32,000 nt of DNA from Hyperthermus butylicus DSM 5456 (GCF_000015145.1 NC_008818.1:480001-512000); one strand, 5' to 3'; positions 15,833-24,675 are shown, numbered from the stretch's first letter. Made by a program: numbers and translations. The notes: generated by a model from the letters alone, not told the origin.

Positions 15833-17559
15833 CGCCTTAGCATTTTTGCTAGCGAGGCTAGGGCGAAGAGAAAGCCAGCCACCTCTAGCCTCCCCAGAGT
15901 CATTATAACTATGAGTACTAGTTTTACCGGGATAGAGGCAGCTGCGCTCGTTATTCCGACGCTGAGCCCTACGTTTGCGAGCGCGCTAGCAGTCTCAAAT
16001 GCAGCATCCACGAAACTCCTTGTTGGAAGTAGCGCGGACAGAGCCAGCGCGCCAGCAAACTCGGTTAGCGTTAGAAGTGCTGCTACAGATATCACGTTCT
16101 GTAGCTCGCTAATCGTTACCGGCCTGCCACCCACGCTCCTCGCTATGACCCTCCTACCACCGTAAATTACCTCGCTCACGCTCCAAAGTATAGACTTGAC
16201 TATGACCATAAGACGGTACTGTTTGAGGCCGCTGCTAGTTGAGAAGATGGAGCCACCTATCAGCATAATCGGTATGAGCAGTGCTTTGAAGTCCGGCGGA
16301 GCAGATGACAAGTCGTCTATACCGAAACCTGTGCCCGTAAGCGCGGATACTACGTGAAATATAGCGTCGCGTAAAAACCCCTTTGGACTCCAGCCAGCAG
16401 TATAGAGCATTACGGCAGCAGCCGTGCTTGCTAGAAATGCAACTGCTAGGAGCGACTGTATCTCCCCGCTAAACCTCCTGGGAATACCCTTCAGTATCGC
16501 ATACAAGTCGGCAAAGTTCATGGCTCCTGTGAGCATTATTACTACCGTTACGGACTCTATGAGCAGAGAGTCATAGAAGCCAATGCTAGTGGTATGAGTG
16601 CTAAAGCCGCCAGTTGCAATACCGGTCATTGAGTGGTATACAGCGTCAGAGGGCGTCATACCTGCGAGGTAGAGTCCTATAGCACCCATAATGGTGAGCA
16701 TGAGGTAGAGTTCCATTAGGGCGCGTAGGCTTCTCGCAATGCTCGGCTCAAGCCTCTCAAAACGTCCCTCGGCAAAACCTACTAGGTGTGCTGGTAGGCC
16801 GCCGAGCCGGACCATTGTGAAGAACATGACTACTATGCCGAATCCGCCAAACCATTCTGTTACCGCTCTCCACCATAGTATGCTTGCGGGGAGTTCTTCT
16901 ATGGAGGGTATGTAGACGCCGTAGTCAGGGTTAACCTGGCCAGTAAATATCGTTAGGCCCGTCGCGGTGAACCCGCTCACAGACTCAAACCACGCATCAA
17001 TAAATGGTATACCTAGCGACACGTAGACCGGTAGGGCGGATATAATCGGTGTTGTAACCCACGAGTAGGCAACGAGGACTATTGCCTCCTCCCGTGTTAT
17101 ACTCCTGGAGGGCTCCATGAAGTTTATCCATGCATAGCCCACAGCTATGAATATGGATCCCCAAGCGAGGAGCTGTAGGGAGTAGTTGTGGTCGCCCTCA
17201 AACAAGCCAAAGATGCCTGCAAGCACGTGGGATAGCCCGGCAACGATGAAGGGTAGGGACGTGTAGCGGAGCAGCGGGTTAACCCTCAGCGGAAGGTGTC
17301 TCTGACGCCTAGCAACAGCCTCAAGCCTTGCTGACGTCTCTTCCCTTCCTGCCACGTAGCAACCCCTAGCGAGAGCCCAGCACGGTACCCACACATAGCT
17401 ATCTCTACAATCTTTAACCCTCCCGTACATAAACCTGGAAAGCGGACGAGCAGGCCTTGACGGCCCGCGTCTTAACCCCGGAAACACTGCGCAACATAGT
17501 CCTAGTTTCAAACCCCGCCATAACCCCTGATGGTGGTAAGATTCTCTACACGGTTGCAA
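15829..17559 (-). CDS. trkH: TrkH/KtrB-family K+ (cation) transporter membrane subunit
   Basis: Polytopic membrane ORF with repeated pore-loop-like motifs (SGFTATGLTIF, TGIATGGFSTH, SALTGTGFG, SALANVGLSVG). The first 43 track codons overlap the divergent peptidase gene and look non-coding. The ATG at 17430 (MYGRVKD...) or a later GTG is the more likely start. Confidence 0.85.
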   Translation of the reverse strand: MQPCRESYHHQGLWRGLKLGLCCAVFPGLRRGPSRPARPLSRFMYGRVKDCRDSYVWVPCWALARGCYVAGREETSARLEAVARRQRHLPLRVNPLLRYTSLPFIVAGLSHVLAGIFGLFEGDHNYSLQLLAWGSIFIAVGYAWINFMEPSRSITREEAIVLVAYSWVTTPIISALPVYVSLGIPFIDAWFESVSGFTATGLTIFTGQVNPDYGVYIPSIEELPASILWWRAVTEWFGGFGIVVMFFTMVRLGGLPAHLVGFAEGRFERLEPSIARSLRALMELYLMLTIMGAIGLYLAGMTPSDAVYHSMTGIATGGFSTHTTSIGFYDSLLIESVTVVIMLTGAMNFADLYAILKGIPRRFSGEIQSLLAVAFLASTAAAVMLYTAGWSPKGFLRDAIFHVVSALTGTGFGIDDLSSAPPDFKALLIPIMLIGGSIFSTSSGLKQYRLMVIVKSILWSVSEVIYGGRRVIARSVGGRPVTISELQNVISVAALLTLTEFAGALALSALLPTRSFVDAAFETASALANVGLSVGITSAAASIPVKLVLIVIMTLGRLEVAGFLFALASLAKMLRR

Positions 17560-19454
17560 GGATAAACATTGACGCTGATACCTATGAGTCTAGCATAAGC
17601 CTCCTAGATGTTGCCACCGGGTTTGAAGAGCCCCTACAGCAAGGCCCAAGCGACTCCTGTCCCATCCCGGCTCCCAACGGCAGGCACTACGTCTTTATCC
17701 GGAGGGTCGAGAGGGATAGGAAGCAGCGTGGCCAGCCAGGTCTCGAGCTAAGATTTGCGAGCATAGACAGGCCTGGAGCTAGCAGGCTCATAGCAAGAGT
17801 GCATGGCCTCGTCTCAGTCTCATGGAGTCCAGACTCCTTACGCCTCGCTGCGGCGATACCTGTCGGCCTACCCGACGAAGACGTAAAGGTTGTCGAGACA
17901 CTGCCTGTATGGTTTAACGGTAAAGGTTTCATCTACAAGACACAAGTTAAGCCCTTCATTGTTGACGTCTACTCAGGCTACATGGAGGAGATAAAACTCG
18001 ACGACGTGAAGTGGATGCAGGTAGCAGACATTGCCTGGAGTCCCGACGGCCGCAAAATAGCCGTTACAGTGTCCAGGGTTATGGAGAAGCCGTACCTACG
18101 AGACCTCTACGTATACTACCTTGATGAGGATCGCGCTGAGCTCGTAGCCGAAAAGCTCAGCGGGTTCGGCGAGATCGTCTGGAGCCCAGACTCCCGCTAC
18201 ATAGCCTACCTAGGCCACCGCAGGGAGAGGGGGTTCGCAACTCACAACAAGATACTTGTCTTCGATACCGAGGACCGGGGCAGCGAACCCGAGTGCCTTA
18301 CTTGCAGTCTTGACCGGAACGCTGTGAATACTGCTAACAGCGACGTGAGATTTTCCAGCTGCCTAAAGAAGCTGCAGTGGACACGCAAGGGCATACTATT
18401 CGTGGCAAGCGATCATGGAAGAGCGCCGCTGTATAGTGTAGAACCCGGCTCCGAGCCAACAATAGTGATTGACCCCGGCGAAGGCGTTGTGGATGAGTTC
18501 TCCGCAACCCCCGACGGCGCAAGGATAGCCTATACCAGGATGACCGCTACAGAGCCAAGGGAAGTCTACGTAAGTGATGGCGGTAATGCGAGGAGGCTTA
18601 CCAGGCACAACGACACCTGGCTCTCAAGATACAAGCTGTCGAAGCCCGAGAAGTTCGTCTTCAAGGCGAGCGATGGTGTTGAGGTTGAGGGCTGGATACT
18701 AAGGCCCCCAGAGGGCGTTGAGGAGAAGGGATGGGTACTATACATCCACGGCGGTCCCAAAACAATGTTCGGCTACGGCTTCATGCATGAATTCCACGTG
18801 CTAGCAGGTAGAGGCTACACTGTTGTCTACACAAACCCACGTGGCAGTGATGGCTACAGCGAGGAGTTCGCCGACATACGCTGCAGGTACGGCGAGAGAG
18901 ACTACCAGGACCTCATGGAGGCAGTAGAATATGTCATAGAGAGGTATAGACTGCCCCGCGACAAGGCGGCAGTAATGGGCGGAAGCTACGGAGGCTTCAT
19001 GACCAACTGGATTATAGGCCACACAGACCTCTTCAAGGCAGCAGTAACCATGAGAAGCATATCAAACTGGATAAGCATGTACGGCACCACAGACATAGGC
19101 TGGTACTTCGTCGAGGACCAGATATGCTGCACCCCATGGAGGAACTTCGAGCACTGCTGGGAGAAGAGCCCACTAAAGTACGCTGACCGGGTAAAGACCC
19201 CCACACTAATCATACACTCGAACGAAGACTATCGCTGCTGGCTAGACCAAGCACTACAGCTGTACACGGCACTCAAGTTGCACGGCGTCGAGACAAGGCT
19301 AGCAATATTTCCCAACGAAAACCACGATCTCTCAAGGAGCGGAAAGCCCAAACACCGTGTCAAGAGGCTACAGCTAATACTAGAATGGTTAGACGAGCAC
19401 CTAGCGGGCAAGAAGGAGGAAGAAAAAGCGGGCCGGGAAGCCGGAAACGCCTAG
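17457..19454 (+). CDS. Acylaminoacyl-peptidase (prolyl oligopeptidase family S9)
   Basis: 665-aa ORF with an N-terminal beta-propeller carrying repeated SPDG/WSPD motifs. The C-terminal alpha/beta hydrolase domain has the nucleophile motif GGSYGGFM and a downstream D...NENHDL His. TTG 17457 is the first start after an in-frame stop at 17430-17432. Confidence 0.9.
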   Translation: MTARVLTPETLRNIVLVSNPAITPDGGKILYTVARINIDADTYESSISLLDVATGFEEPLQQGPSDSCPIPAPNGRHYVFIRRVERDRKQRGQPGLELRFASIDRPGASRLIARVHGLVSVSWSPDSLRLAAAIPVGLPDEDVKVVETLPVWFNGKGFIYKTQVKPFIVDVYSGYMEEIKLDDVKWMQVADIAWSPDGRKIAVTVSRVMEKPYLRDLYVYYLDEDRAELVAEKLSGFGEIVWSPDSRYIAYLGHRRERGFATHNKILVFDTEDRGSEPECLTCSLDRNAVNTANSDVRFSSCLKKLQWTRKGILFVASDHGRAPLYSVEPGSEPTIVIDPGEGVVDEFSATPDGARIAYTRMTATEPREVYVSDGGNARRLTRHNDTWLSRYKLSKPEKFVFKASDGVEVEGWILRPPEGVEEKGWVLYIHGGPKTMFGYGFMHEFHVLAGRGYTVVYTNPRGSDGYSEEFADIRCRYGERDYQDLMEAVEYVIERYRLPRDKAAVMGGSYGGFMTNWIIGHTDLFKAAVTMRSISNWISMYGTTDIGWYFVEDQICCTPWRNFEHCWEKSPLKYADRVKTPTLIIHSNEDYRCWLDQALQLYTALKLHGVETRLAIFPNENHDLSRSGKPKHRVKRLQLILEWLDEHLAGKKEEEKAGREAGNA

Positions 19455-19490
19455 CCGTTTTCCTCAATATCATTCTCATTGTTTTCGTTG
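19455..19490 (+). terminator. T-rich tract after the S9 peptidase stop
   Basis: CCGTTTTCCTCAATATCATTCTCATTGTTTTCG contains two T4 runs immediately after the TAG. Oligo-T is the usual archaeal termination signal. Confidence 0.3.
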
Positions 19491-19499
19491 GCAGTAGGG

Positions 19500-19600
19500 C
19501 GGAAAAGTTGTGGATCCCGCCGCAGCTGGGTGGCCGCCTCTCATAGACCCCCAGGCTGTTTGCGGGGGCCTCCGGCGGTGGGCGGCCGTAGTACTCCTAT
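19500..19600. other. GC-rich stem-loop cluster in the convergent spacer (possible sRNA, strand unknown)
   Basis: Hand-found complementarities are CCCCC(19550s)/GGGGG(19570s), GGCCGCC(19531-37)/GGCGGCC(19591-97) and CCGCCG/CGGCGG. The region is much more GC-rich than the flanking spacer sequence. Confidence 0.2.
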
Positions 19601-19645
19601 TCGGCTAGCTGCTGGCCGGGTAAATGTCTTAGCTCTCATCGAGGA

Positions 19646-20167
19646 CTAGATGTCTACAACGAACTGTACCCGCCAGCATCCATCCTCCTTAACTATTTCC
19701 ATCATTGCGTAGGTCATCGCCTTGACTATCGTTCTCTTGGGGTGCTTTGATGAGTTCATTTTTTCGCCCCAAGCTCTAGCCTTAAGGTAGTATTCGTCCT
19801 CGCTCCTCTTCTCTATTTTCTCCACCTTGAACTTGGAGAACACCATGCTTTCGCTATCGGTGTAGTATAGTAGGTCTTCTATCCAGCGGTAGAGCAGTTG
19901 GTAAATATCGACGCCGGTATCCTCTATTACCCTCTCCTCCTTAGGCTCAACCTTGCTCGTATCAGTTATCACCTCGTAGACGCCGATGGCAGCTTGCTCA
20001 AATGCCTCCTCGAGCGTACGGCCCTTAGCAACTATTATCACGTCGGCAGGATGTGGTGCGTGGGCATAGCCGGGACAGTTCAGCCTGGCAAGGGTTTCAC
20101 GCAACTCAGCCAGGATGTCCTCGTATACCTGGCCCTCAGCCATAGCTTCCACCAATAACAAGCACAA
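19646..20167 (-). CDS. Archease (RtcB activator)
   Basis: The product contains HAPHPADVIIVAKGRTLEEAFEQAAIGVYEVITD and the C-terminal VKAMTYAMMEIVKEDGCWRVQFVVDI, matching the archease pattern (HxADxxxxxxGxxxEExFxxAA ... vDI end). The likely true start is ATG 20143 (MAEGQVYEDI), with a TATA-like box about 45 nt upstream on the minus strand. Confidence 0.85.
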   Translation of the reverse strand: MCLLLVEAMAEGQVYEDILAELRETLARLNCPGYAHAPHPADVIIVAKGRTLEEAFEQAAIGVYEVITDTSKVEPKEERVIEDTGVDIYQLLYRWIEDLLYYTDSESMVFSKFKVEKIEKRSEDEYYLKARAWGEKMNSSKHPKRTIVKAMTYAMMEIVKEDGCWRVQFVVDI

Positions 20168-20577
20168 GTTTCACTTAGGTAATAATGCTAGCTCTGAGCA
20201 ACGATAGAGCTGTAGTTAATCTTGTGGCTGTCCTGTGAGTACACCTGGGAGGAGCCCTACTCCCTGGACGTCAGCTTGTCGGCAACAGCTCCACGGCTAC
20301 GAGGGAACAAATGTGGTTATGCATACAGGTCTCCCGGGATCATAGGGTCTTGTATGATAGAATGATGCTGCGAGGCCCTCTAGATGATTGTGTCGGATAA
20401 ATGGGTAGGGCTTCATGCTTTGTCAAGTCCTACAAGGGCGATATTATGCTATGCCCGTGTGCAATATCAGCGTTTTTTGCGGGGAGTTGATTACTCGACA
20501 ATTGGTGGCTCACGCCTCAGCTGAGGGTAGGCTAAAGCCCTCCAATCTCGAGTATACTGGTGACACGGTGTTAGTCT

Positions 20578-21171
20578 TTGCCAGGTGTGCCGGGCGGCTA
20601 TGTTGAGGCAGGTGATAAGTGGTACTACATCCTCCACCCGCGTCCCGCCTACATACTTGTAACAGAGTATGGTGGCCGAGTAAACTTCATGGCTGCTTCC
20701 TGGGTTATGCCGTTGAGTGAGGATCCGCCAAGGATAGTGGCAGCTCTTGACAAAGCATCATTCACGATGGAGCTTATACTTAGCTCAAAGGCTTTCACGG
20801 TTAACGTATTAACGATCGATCATGTAGACTTCATATACGCTGCCGGCACCACCAGCGGTAGGAGGGTGGATAAGCTAGCAGTCCTCGGGGCCGAGATCTC
20901 AAGAGATACCGTTACCGGGGTTCCGAGGCTCTCAAAGCCCAGGCCCATAGGCGTTATAGAGGCAAGCGTCTACCGCGTCTACAGCGACGTGGCAGAGGAC
21001 GTCCATCTAATCGTGGCGGATGTCGTTGCAGCATACGCCGATCCGGAGTTCTTCAACGAGAAGTATGGCTGGGATCTCAGGAAGGCACGTATAGCAATAC
21101 ATGCAGCTGGCCGAGCCTTCACGATACCTGGCGGGCTTTACATTGCTAAGAAGCTTGCGGCGAAACATTAG
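20578..21171 (+). CDS. Flavin reductase-like FMN-binding domain protein
   Basis: 197-aa ORF with PRPAYILVTEYGGRVNFMAASWVMPLSEDPPRIVAALDKASFTMELILSSKAFTVNVL, typical of the flavin reductase-like split-barrel domain. Confidence 0.75.
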   Translation: MPGVPGGYVEAGDKWYYILHPRPAYILVTEYGGRVNFMAASWVMPLSEDPPRIVAALDKASFTMELILSSKAFTVNVLTIDHVDFIYAAGTTSGRRVDKLAVLGAEISRDTVTGVPRLSKPRPIGVIEASVYRVYSDVAEDVHLIVADVVAAYADPEFFNEKYGWDLRKARIAIHAAGRAFTIPGGLYIAKKLAAKH

Positions 21172-21273
21172 TAAACCCGAAACAGCTTCGGAGTCCTTTG
21201 GGTTGTGTGAAGTTATAACCCTTTAGATGCTCCAAGCTTACAATCGGGCACGCCGCATAGAGGGTGTCCGGGC

Positions 21274-22728
21274 TTGAGCGCCAGGATTCCACTCCGTAAA
21301 ATCAGCGAGTTCGAATGGGAAATACCCAAGGGCGCTAAGCCCTGCATGAAGGTCCCATCCATAATCTTTGCAGACGAGTTTCTGCTCGAAAAAATGAAGG
21401 GTGACCTAACACTGGTCCAGGCAGCCAATGTGGCATGTCTCGGCGGCATACAGAAGTACAGCATTGTGATGCCCGACGGACACCAGGGCTACGGTTTCCC
21501 CATAGGCGGCGTAGCAGCCATGGCCGTTGACGAGGACGGTGTCATAAGCCCTGGCGGCGTGGGCTACGACATCAACTGTGGTGTACGCCTCATAAGGACT
21601 AACCTAGACATAAAGGATGTCAAGCCTAAGCTACGCGAGCTAATAGACGAGCTATTCCGCAACATACCAAGCGGCCTTGGTAGTAGCGGCAAGATCAGGC
21701 TGAGCATCCAGGAGCTAAACAAGGTGCTAGATGAGGGTGTCGAGTGGGCCGTACAGAGGGGCTACGGCTGGGCTGAGGACCCAGACCACATAGAGGAGAG
21801 GGGTAGCTGGACAGCTGCAGACTCCAGCAAGGTTAGCGACCGTGCCAAGAGGCGGGGCGCAGAGCAACTAGGTACGCTCGGCAGCGGCAACCACTTCCTA
21901 GAGGTGCAAGTGGTAGACAAGATCTACGACCCGAAGCTAGCCGAAGCCATGGGCATAACTCATGAAGGCCAGGTAATGGTGATGGTCCACACAGGCAGCA
22001 GAGGCCTGGGTCACCAGGTCGCGAGCGACTACCTAATGATAATGGAGCGCGCCATGAGAAAGTATGGTATAAGGCCGCCAGACCGTGAGCTGGCAAGCGT
22101 ACCATTCAACAGCAGGGAGGGTCAAGACTACTTCAAGGCAATGGCTGCAGCGGCCAACTTTGCCTGGACAAACAGGCAGCTAATCACCTACTGGGCCAGG
22201 GAGAGCTTCAAGAAGGTCTTCCACCGCGACCCCGACCAGCTAGACATGGTTATAGTCTACGACGTAGCCCACAACATAGCCAAGCTAGAAGAACACGACG
22301 TAGACGGCAAGAGGAAGCAGCTAATAGTACACCGTAAAGGCGCCACTCGTGCCTTCCCACCGGGACACCCACAGATACCCAAGGACTACCAGGCCATAGG
22401 CCAGCCAGTACTCATTCCGGGCAGCATGGGTACAGCAAGCTACGTACTGGTAGGCGTCCCAACAGGTGCAAGGGCATGGTACACAGCGCCACACGGAGCT
22501 GGCAGATGGCTGAGCAGAGCAGCAGCTAAGAGAATGAAGAGCTACACCCAAGTAGTAAGAGAGCTAGAAGCTAAAGGTATACTCATAAGGGCAAGTGATC
22601 GTGCCACCGTAGTTGAGGAAATGCCGCAGGCATACAAGGACGTAGATAGGGTAGCCCTAGTGGCACATCGCGTAGGCATAGCCAAGATGGTAGTCAGACT
22701 ACGTCCACTAGCAGTAACGAAGGGTTAG
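21274..22728 (+). CDS. rtcB: RNA-splicing ligase RtcB (3'-phosphate/5'-hydroxyl RNA ligase)
   Basis: 484-aa ORF with PDGHQGYGFPIGGV, GVGYDINCGVRL, GSGNHFLEVQ, HTGSRGLGHQ and HNIAK..., which are all canonical RtcB blocks. There is no intein. The start is TTG. Confidence 0.95.
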   Translation: MSARIPLRKISEFEWEIPKGAKPCMKVPSIIFADEFLLEKMKGDLTLVQAANVACLGGIQKYSIVMPDGHQGYGFPIGGVAAMAVDEDGVISPGGVGYDINCGVRLIRTNLDIKDVKPKLRELIDELFRNIPSGLGSSGKIRLSIQELNKVLDEGVEWAVQRGYGWAEDPDHIEERGSWTAADSSKVSDRAKRRGAEQLGTLGSGNHFLEVQVVDKIYDPKLAEAMGITHEGQVMVMVHTGSRGLGHQVASDYLMIMERAMRKYGIRPPDRELASVPFNSREGQDYFKAMAAAANFAWTNRQLITYWARESFKKVFHRDPDQLDMVIVYDVAHNIAKLEEHDVDGKRKQLIVHRKGATRAFPPGHPQIPKDYQAIGQPVLIPGSMGTASYVLVGVPTGARAWYTAPHGAGRWLSRAAAKRMKSYTQVVRELEAKGILIRASDRATVVEEMPQAYKDVDRVALVAHRVGIAKMVVRLRPLAVTKG

Positions 22729-22937
22729 CCTCTCCACACTACCCGAAAACCCCACCAAAACATACTCCCGGTACTACTGATGCATACTAGAAGAGCTAGA
22801 CTGTAGGACTCTAATGCTCACTCCACGCAGCTTTTTGCTAGGAAAGTTGTAATACATGTCTTCGCATAATACAAACTTACCGTTTCCGTTCTTGTTTATA
22901 TGGGAGGAATCCTCCCCACGTCATACCTTCAAGGTGC

Positions 22938-22990
22938 TTTTAAAGTGCAAAAATCACAGTAATGTCCAGGAACATTTTTAAAGGCAAAAA
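22938..22990 (+). promoter_or_regulatory. Two tandem TTTTAAAG(T)GCAAAAA boxes upstream of the SQR-like gene
   Basis: TTTTAAAGTGCAAAAA (22938-22953) and TTTTAAAGGCAAAAA (22976-22990) are near-identical, lie about 37 bp apart, and each contains a TATA-like core. They sit 50-100 nt upstream of ATG 23040. Confidence 0.3.
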
Positions 22991-23039
22991 GGCAAAGATA
23001 TAGTAGAGTATGACAAAATAAATGTATGCGTGAGCTGCC

Positions 23040-24194
23040 ATGGCTAAGAAGATAGTTATACTCGGAGGCGGCGCTGGTGGTGTTATTGCTGCCAGGAGAC
23101 TGAGGGAGGTTCTGAAGCCCGAGGAGGCCGAGATAACGTTAATAGATAAGAGTGAGTTCCATGAGTTTCGGCCATCCTATCTCTGGGTCATGACTGGGAT
23201 AAGGGAGCCTGATGACATAAGGAGGCCCTTGAGAACCCTTGAGAAATACAAGATAAACTTCGTACAGGATGAAGTGACCGAGATAGATCCGGCAAACAGA
23301 ACAGTGAAGGGCAAGAAGGGGTCCTATGAGTATGACTATCTCATAGTGGCATTGGGAGCCGCTCTGAAGGAGGAGATAGAAGCACCTGGGGTATGTGCAC
23401 CCTGGAGCATGGAAGGGGCTCTTCGCTGCAAATCGATACTGTCGGAGCTAAGATCCCCTAGCGTGAAGATCGTAATAGGGCCTGCCTCATGGCCTTACCG
23501 CTGTCCCCCAGCGCCCTTCGAGGTTGCGTTCCTGCTGAAGTACCTTATGGAGCAGCGTGGAGTCAAAGCTGACATCAAGGTCTTCCACATGTGGAGCAAA
23601 CCCATGGAGCCTTTCGGCCCGCTAATGTCCTCTATGTTCAGCCAGATGCTCAACGAATACGGCATAGAGTTTGTGGGCGGTGCCCAGTTCCAGGAGGTTG
23701 ATGGTAGCTCCAAGAAGGTGAGGCTCTCCACAGGCGAACTAGAGTATGATATGGCTGTCGTGATACCACCTCACGCGCCACCGGAGCCTGTGGCAAAGTC
23801 TGAGCTGGCAGACCAGCGGACAGGCTGGATGAAGGTAGAGCTGCCGCACATGAGGAACCCCAAGTACAAGGAAGTGTTTGGCATAGGCGACGTAGTGAGT
23901 CCGACAATAGGGTTGAGCATGGCGGGTGTCTTCGCCCACTTCCAGGCAGAGCATGTGGCGAGCCAGATAGCCGATGAGATAAAGGGCGTCTACATGGGGG
24001 AGCACTACAACATGAGCGGTATCTGTGTAATGGACCTAGGCTATATAGGTGCTGCAGTCTACTGTGACTTCTCCAAGAAGCTCATGGAGAGAGCGCCTTA
24101 TCCCGACTGTAGGATGCTAGGAGGCTCCAGGGCCTTCCGCGTAGTCAAGGCGGCTTTTGAGAGGATGTGGTTCAGCAGCCTATTTGGCTACTAA
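23040..24194 (+). CDS. FAD-dependent pyridine nucleotide-disulfide oxidoreductase, sulfide:quinone oxidoreductase (SQR)-like
   Basis: 384-aa ORF with the N-terminal FAD fold KIVILGGGAGGVIAARRL, an SQR-like Cys block PYRCPPAPFE, a late FGIGDV, and a second conserved-looking Cys (SGICVMDLG). Size and motif order fit SQR-family enzymes rather than NDH-2. Confidence 0.7.
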   Translation: MAKKIVILGGGAGGVIAARRLREVLKPEEAEITLIDKSEFHEFRPSYLWVMTGIREPDDIRRPLRTLEKYKINFVQDEVTEIDPANRTVKGKKGSYEYDYLIVALGAALKEEIEAPGVCAPWSMEGALRCKSILSELRSPSVKIVIGPASWPYRCPPAPFEVAFLLKYLMEQRGVKADIKVFHMWSKPMEPFGPLMSSMFSQMLNEYGIEFVGGAQFQEVDGSSKKVRLSTGELEYDMAVVIPPHAPPEPVAKSELADQRTGWMKVELPHMRNPKYKEVFGIGDVVSPTIGLSMAGVFAHFQAEHVASQIADEIKGVYMGEHYNMSGICVMDLGYIGAAVYCDFSKKLMERAPYPDCRMLGGSRAFRVVKAAFERMWFSSLFGY

Positions 24195-24210
24195 GTGGAG
24201 GTGTCAAGTC

Positions 24211-24675
24211 ATGAGTGCCCAGACGAATGAGGCGGTTTTAAAGGTTCTAGATAAACTGTCTCAGCTCAATCCAGAGGAACTCGAGAGACTAGTGGACAGC
24301 CTCATCGAAGCCAAGGAAGCCCTAGCCCAAATGGCCAGAATAGCAGCTAAGCTTAAGGAGACAGGCGTCCTAGACGTCATAGAGACATTCCTCGACAGCA
24401 GTGCTGAGCAGTTTAACGCAATGACTAGACCGGACATAATGAGCATGGTAGCAAACATGATGATGGCGGCCTGGATCCTAGGCCAGATACCACACGGGAT
24501 GCTGGTAGAACTAGGCAACAAGGTCTCCACCTGCACAGCAGCAGCTAAGGAGGAGTTCGACAAGACTAACAAGAAGCTAGGCCTAATGGAGATGCTGAAC
24601 ATCATGAGGAGCCCAGAATTCGCAGCAGCACTAAAGGCTATGCAGAAGATGCTAGCCTGCCTTAAGAGCAAATAA
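24211..24675 (+). CDS. DUF1641-like helical protein, probable partner of the SQR-like flavoprotein
   Basis: The ATG at 24211 is preceded by GGAGGTG (24197-24203). The track start at 24157 overlaps the upstream gene and is unlikely. The C-terminal LGLMEMLNIMRSPEFAAALKAMQKMLACL resembles the DUF1641 signature as I remember it. The family assignment is from memory only. Confidence 0.6.
   Translation: MSAQTNEAVLKVLDKLSQLNPEELERLVDSLIEAKEALAQMARIAAKLKETGVLDVIETFLDSSAEQFNAMTRPDIMSMVANMMMAAWILGQIPHGMLVELGNKVSTCTAAAKEEFDKTNKKLGLMEMLNIMRSPEFAAALKAMQKMLACLKSK

Noticed and set aside
17431-17559. N-terminal extensions of track ORFs: trkH (17431-17559), sufB (27743-27802), sufD (26282-26296), the DUF1641-like gene (24157-24210), archease (20144-20167) and the small ORF (4011-4118).
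   Set aside because: These extensions overlap neighbouring supported genes or lack a ribosome-binding or promoter context. Internal starts, by contrast, have GGAGG/GGTG-type motifs or align with known N-termini.
19516-19600. Interpretation of the GC-rich hairpin as an H/ACA guide sRNA on the minus strand.
   Set aside because: An ACA followed by a T-run exists. With either possible lower stem, however, the pocket is highly asymmetric, or the ACA lies 5-20 nt from the stem instead of immediately after it, and no clean K-turn or K-loop is present.
20351-20400. C/D-like boxes at three other sites: AATGATGC ... TAGA ... ATGATTG in the archease/flavin-reductase spacer; GTGATGA at 30401-30407; and GTGAGGA-12 nt-CTGA-16 nt-CTGA at 30824-30866.
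   Set aside because: Each has a C-box-like heptamer but lacks a correctly spaced D box or C' box, and none has a terminal stem. The spacings are incompatible with the 12-nt guide rule.
20415-20606. A 63-aa + strand ORF upstream of and overlapping the flavin-reductase gene.
   Set aside because: It is short, has no motif, overlaps the start of a supported gene in another frame, and lies in a promoter-like spacer.
24261-24671. A 136-aa minus-strand ORF covering the DUF1641-like gene.
   Set aside because: It is antisense to an ORF that has a GGAGGTG ribosome-binding context and a family-like C-terminus. Its own product is a Ser/Leu/Ala-rich low-complexity sequence.
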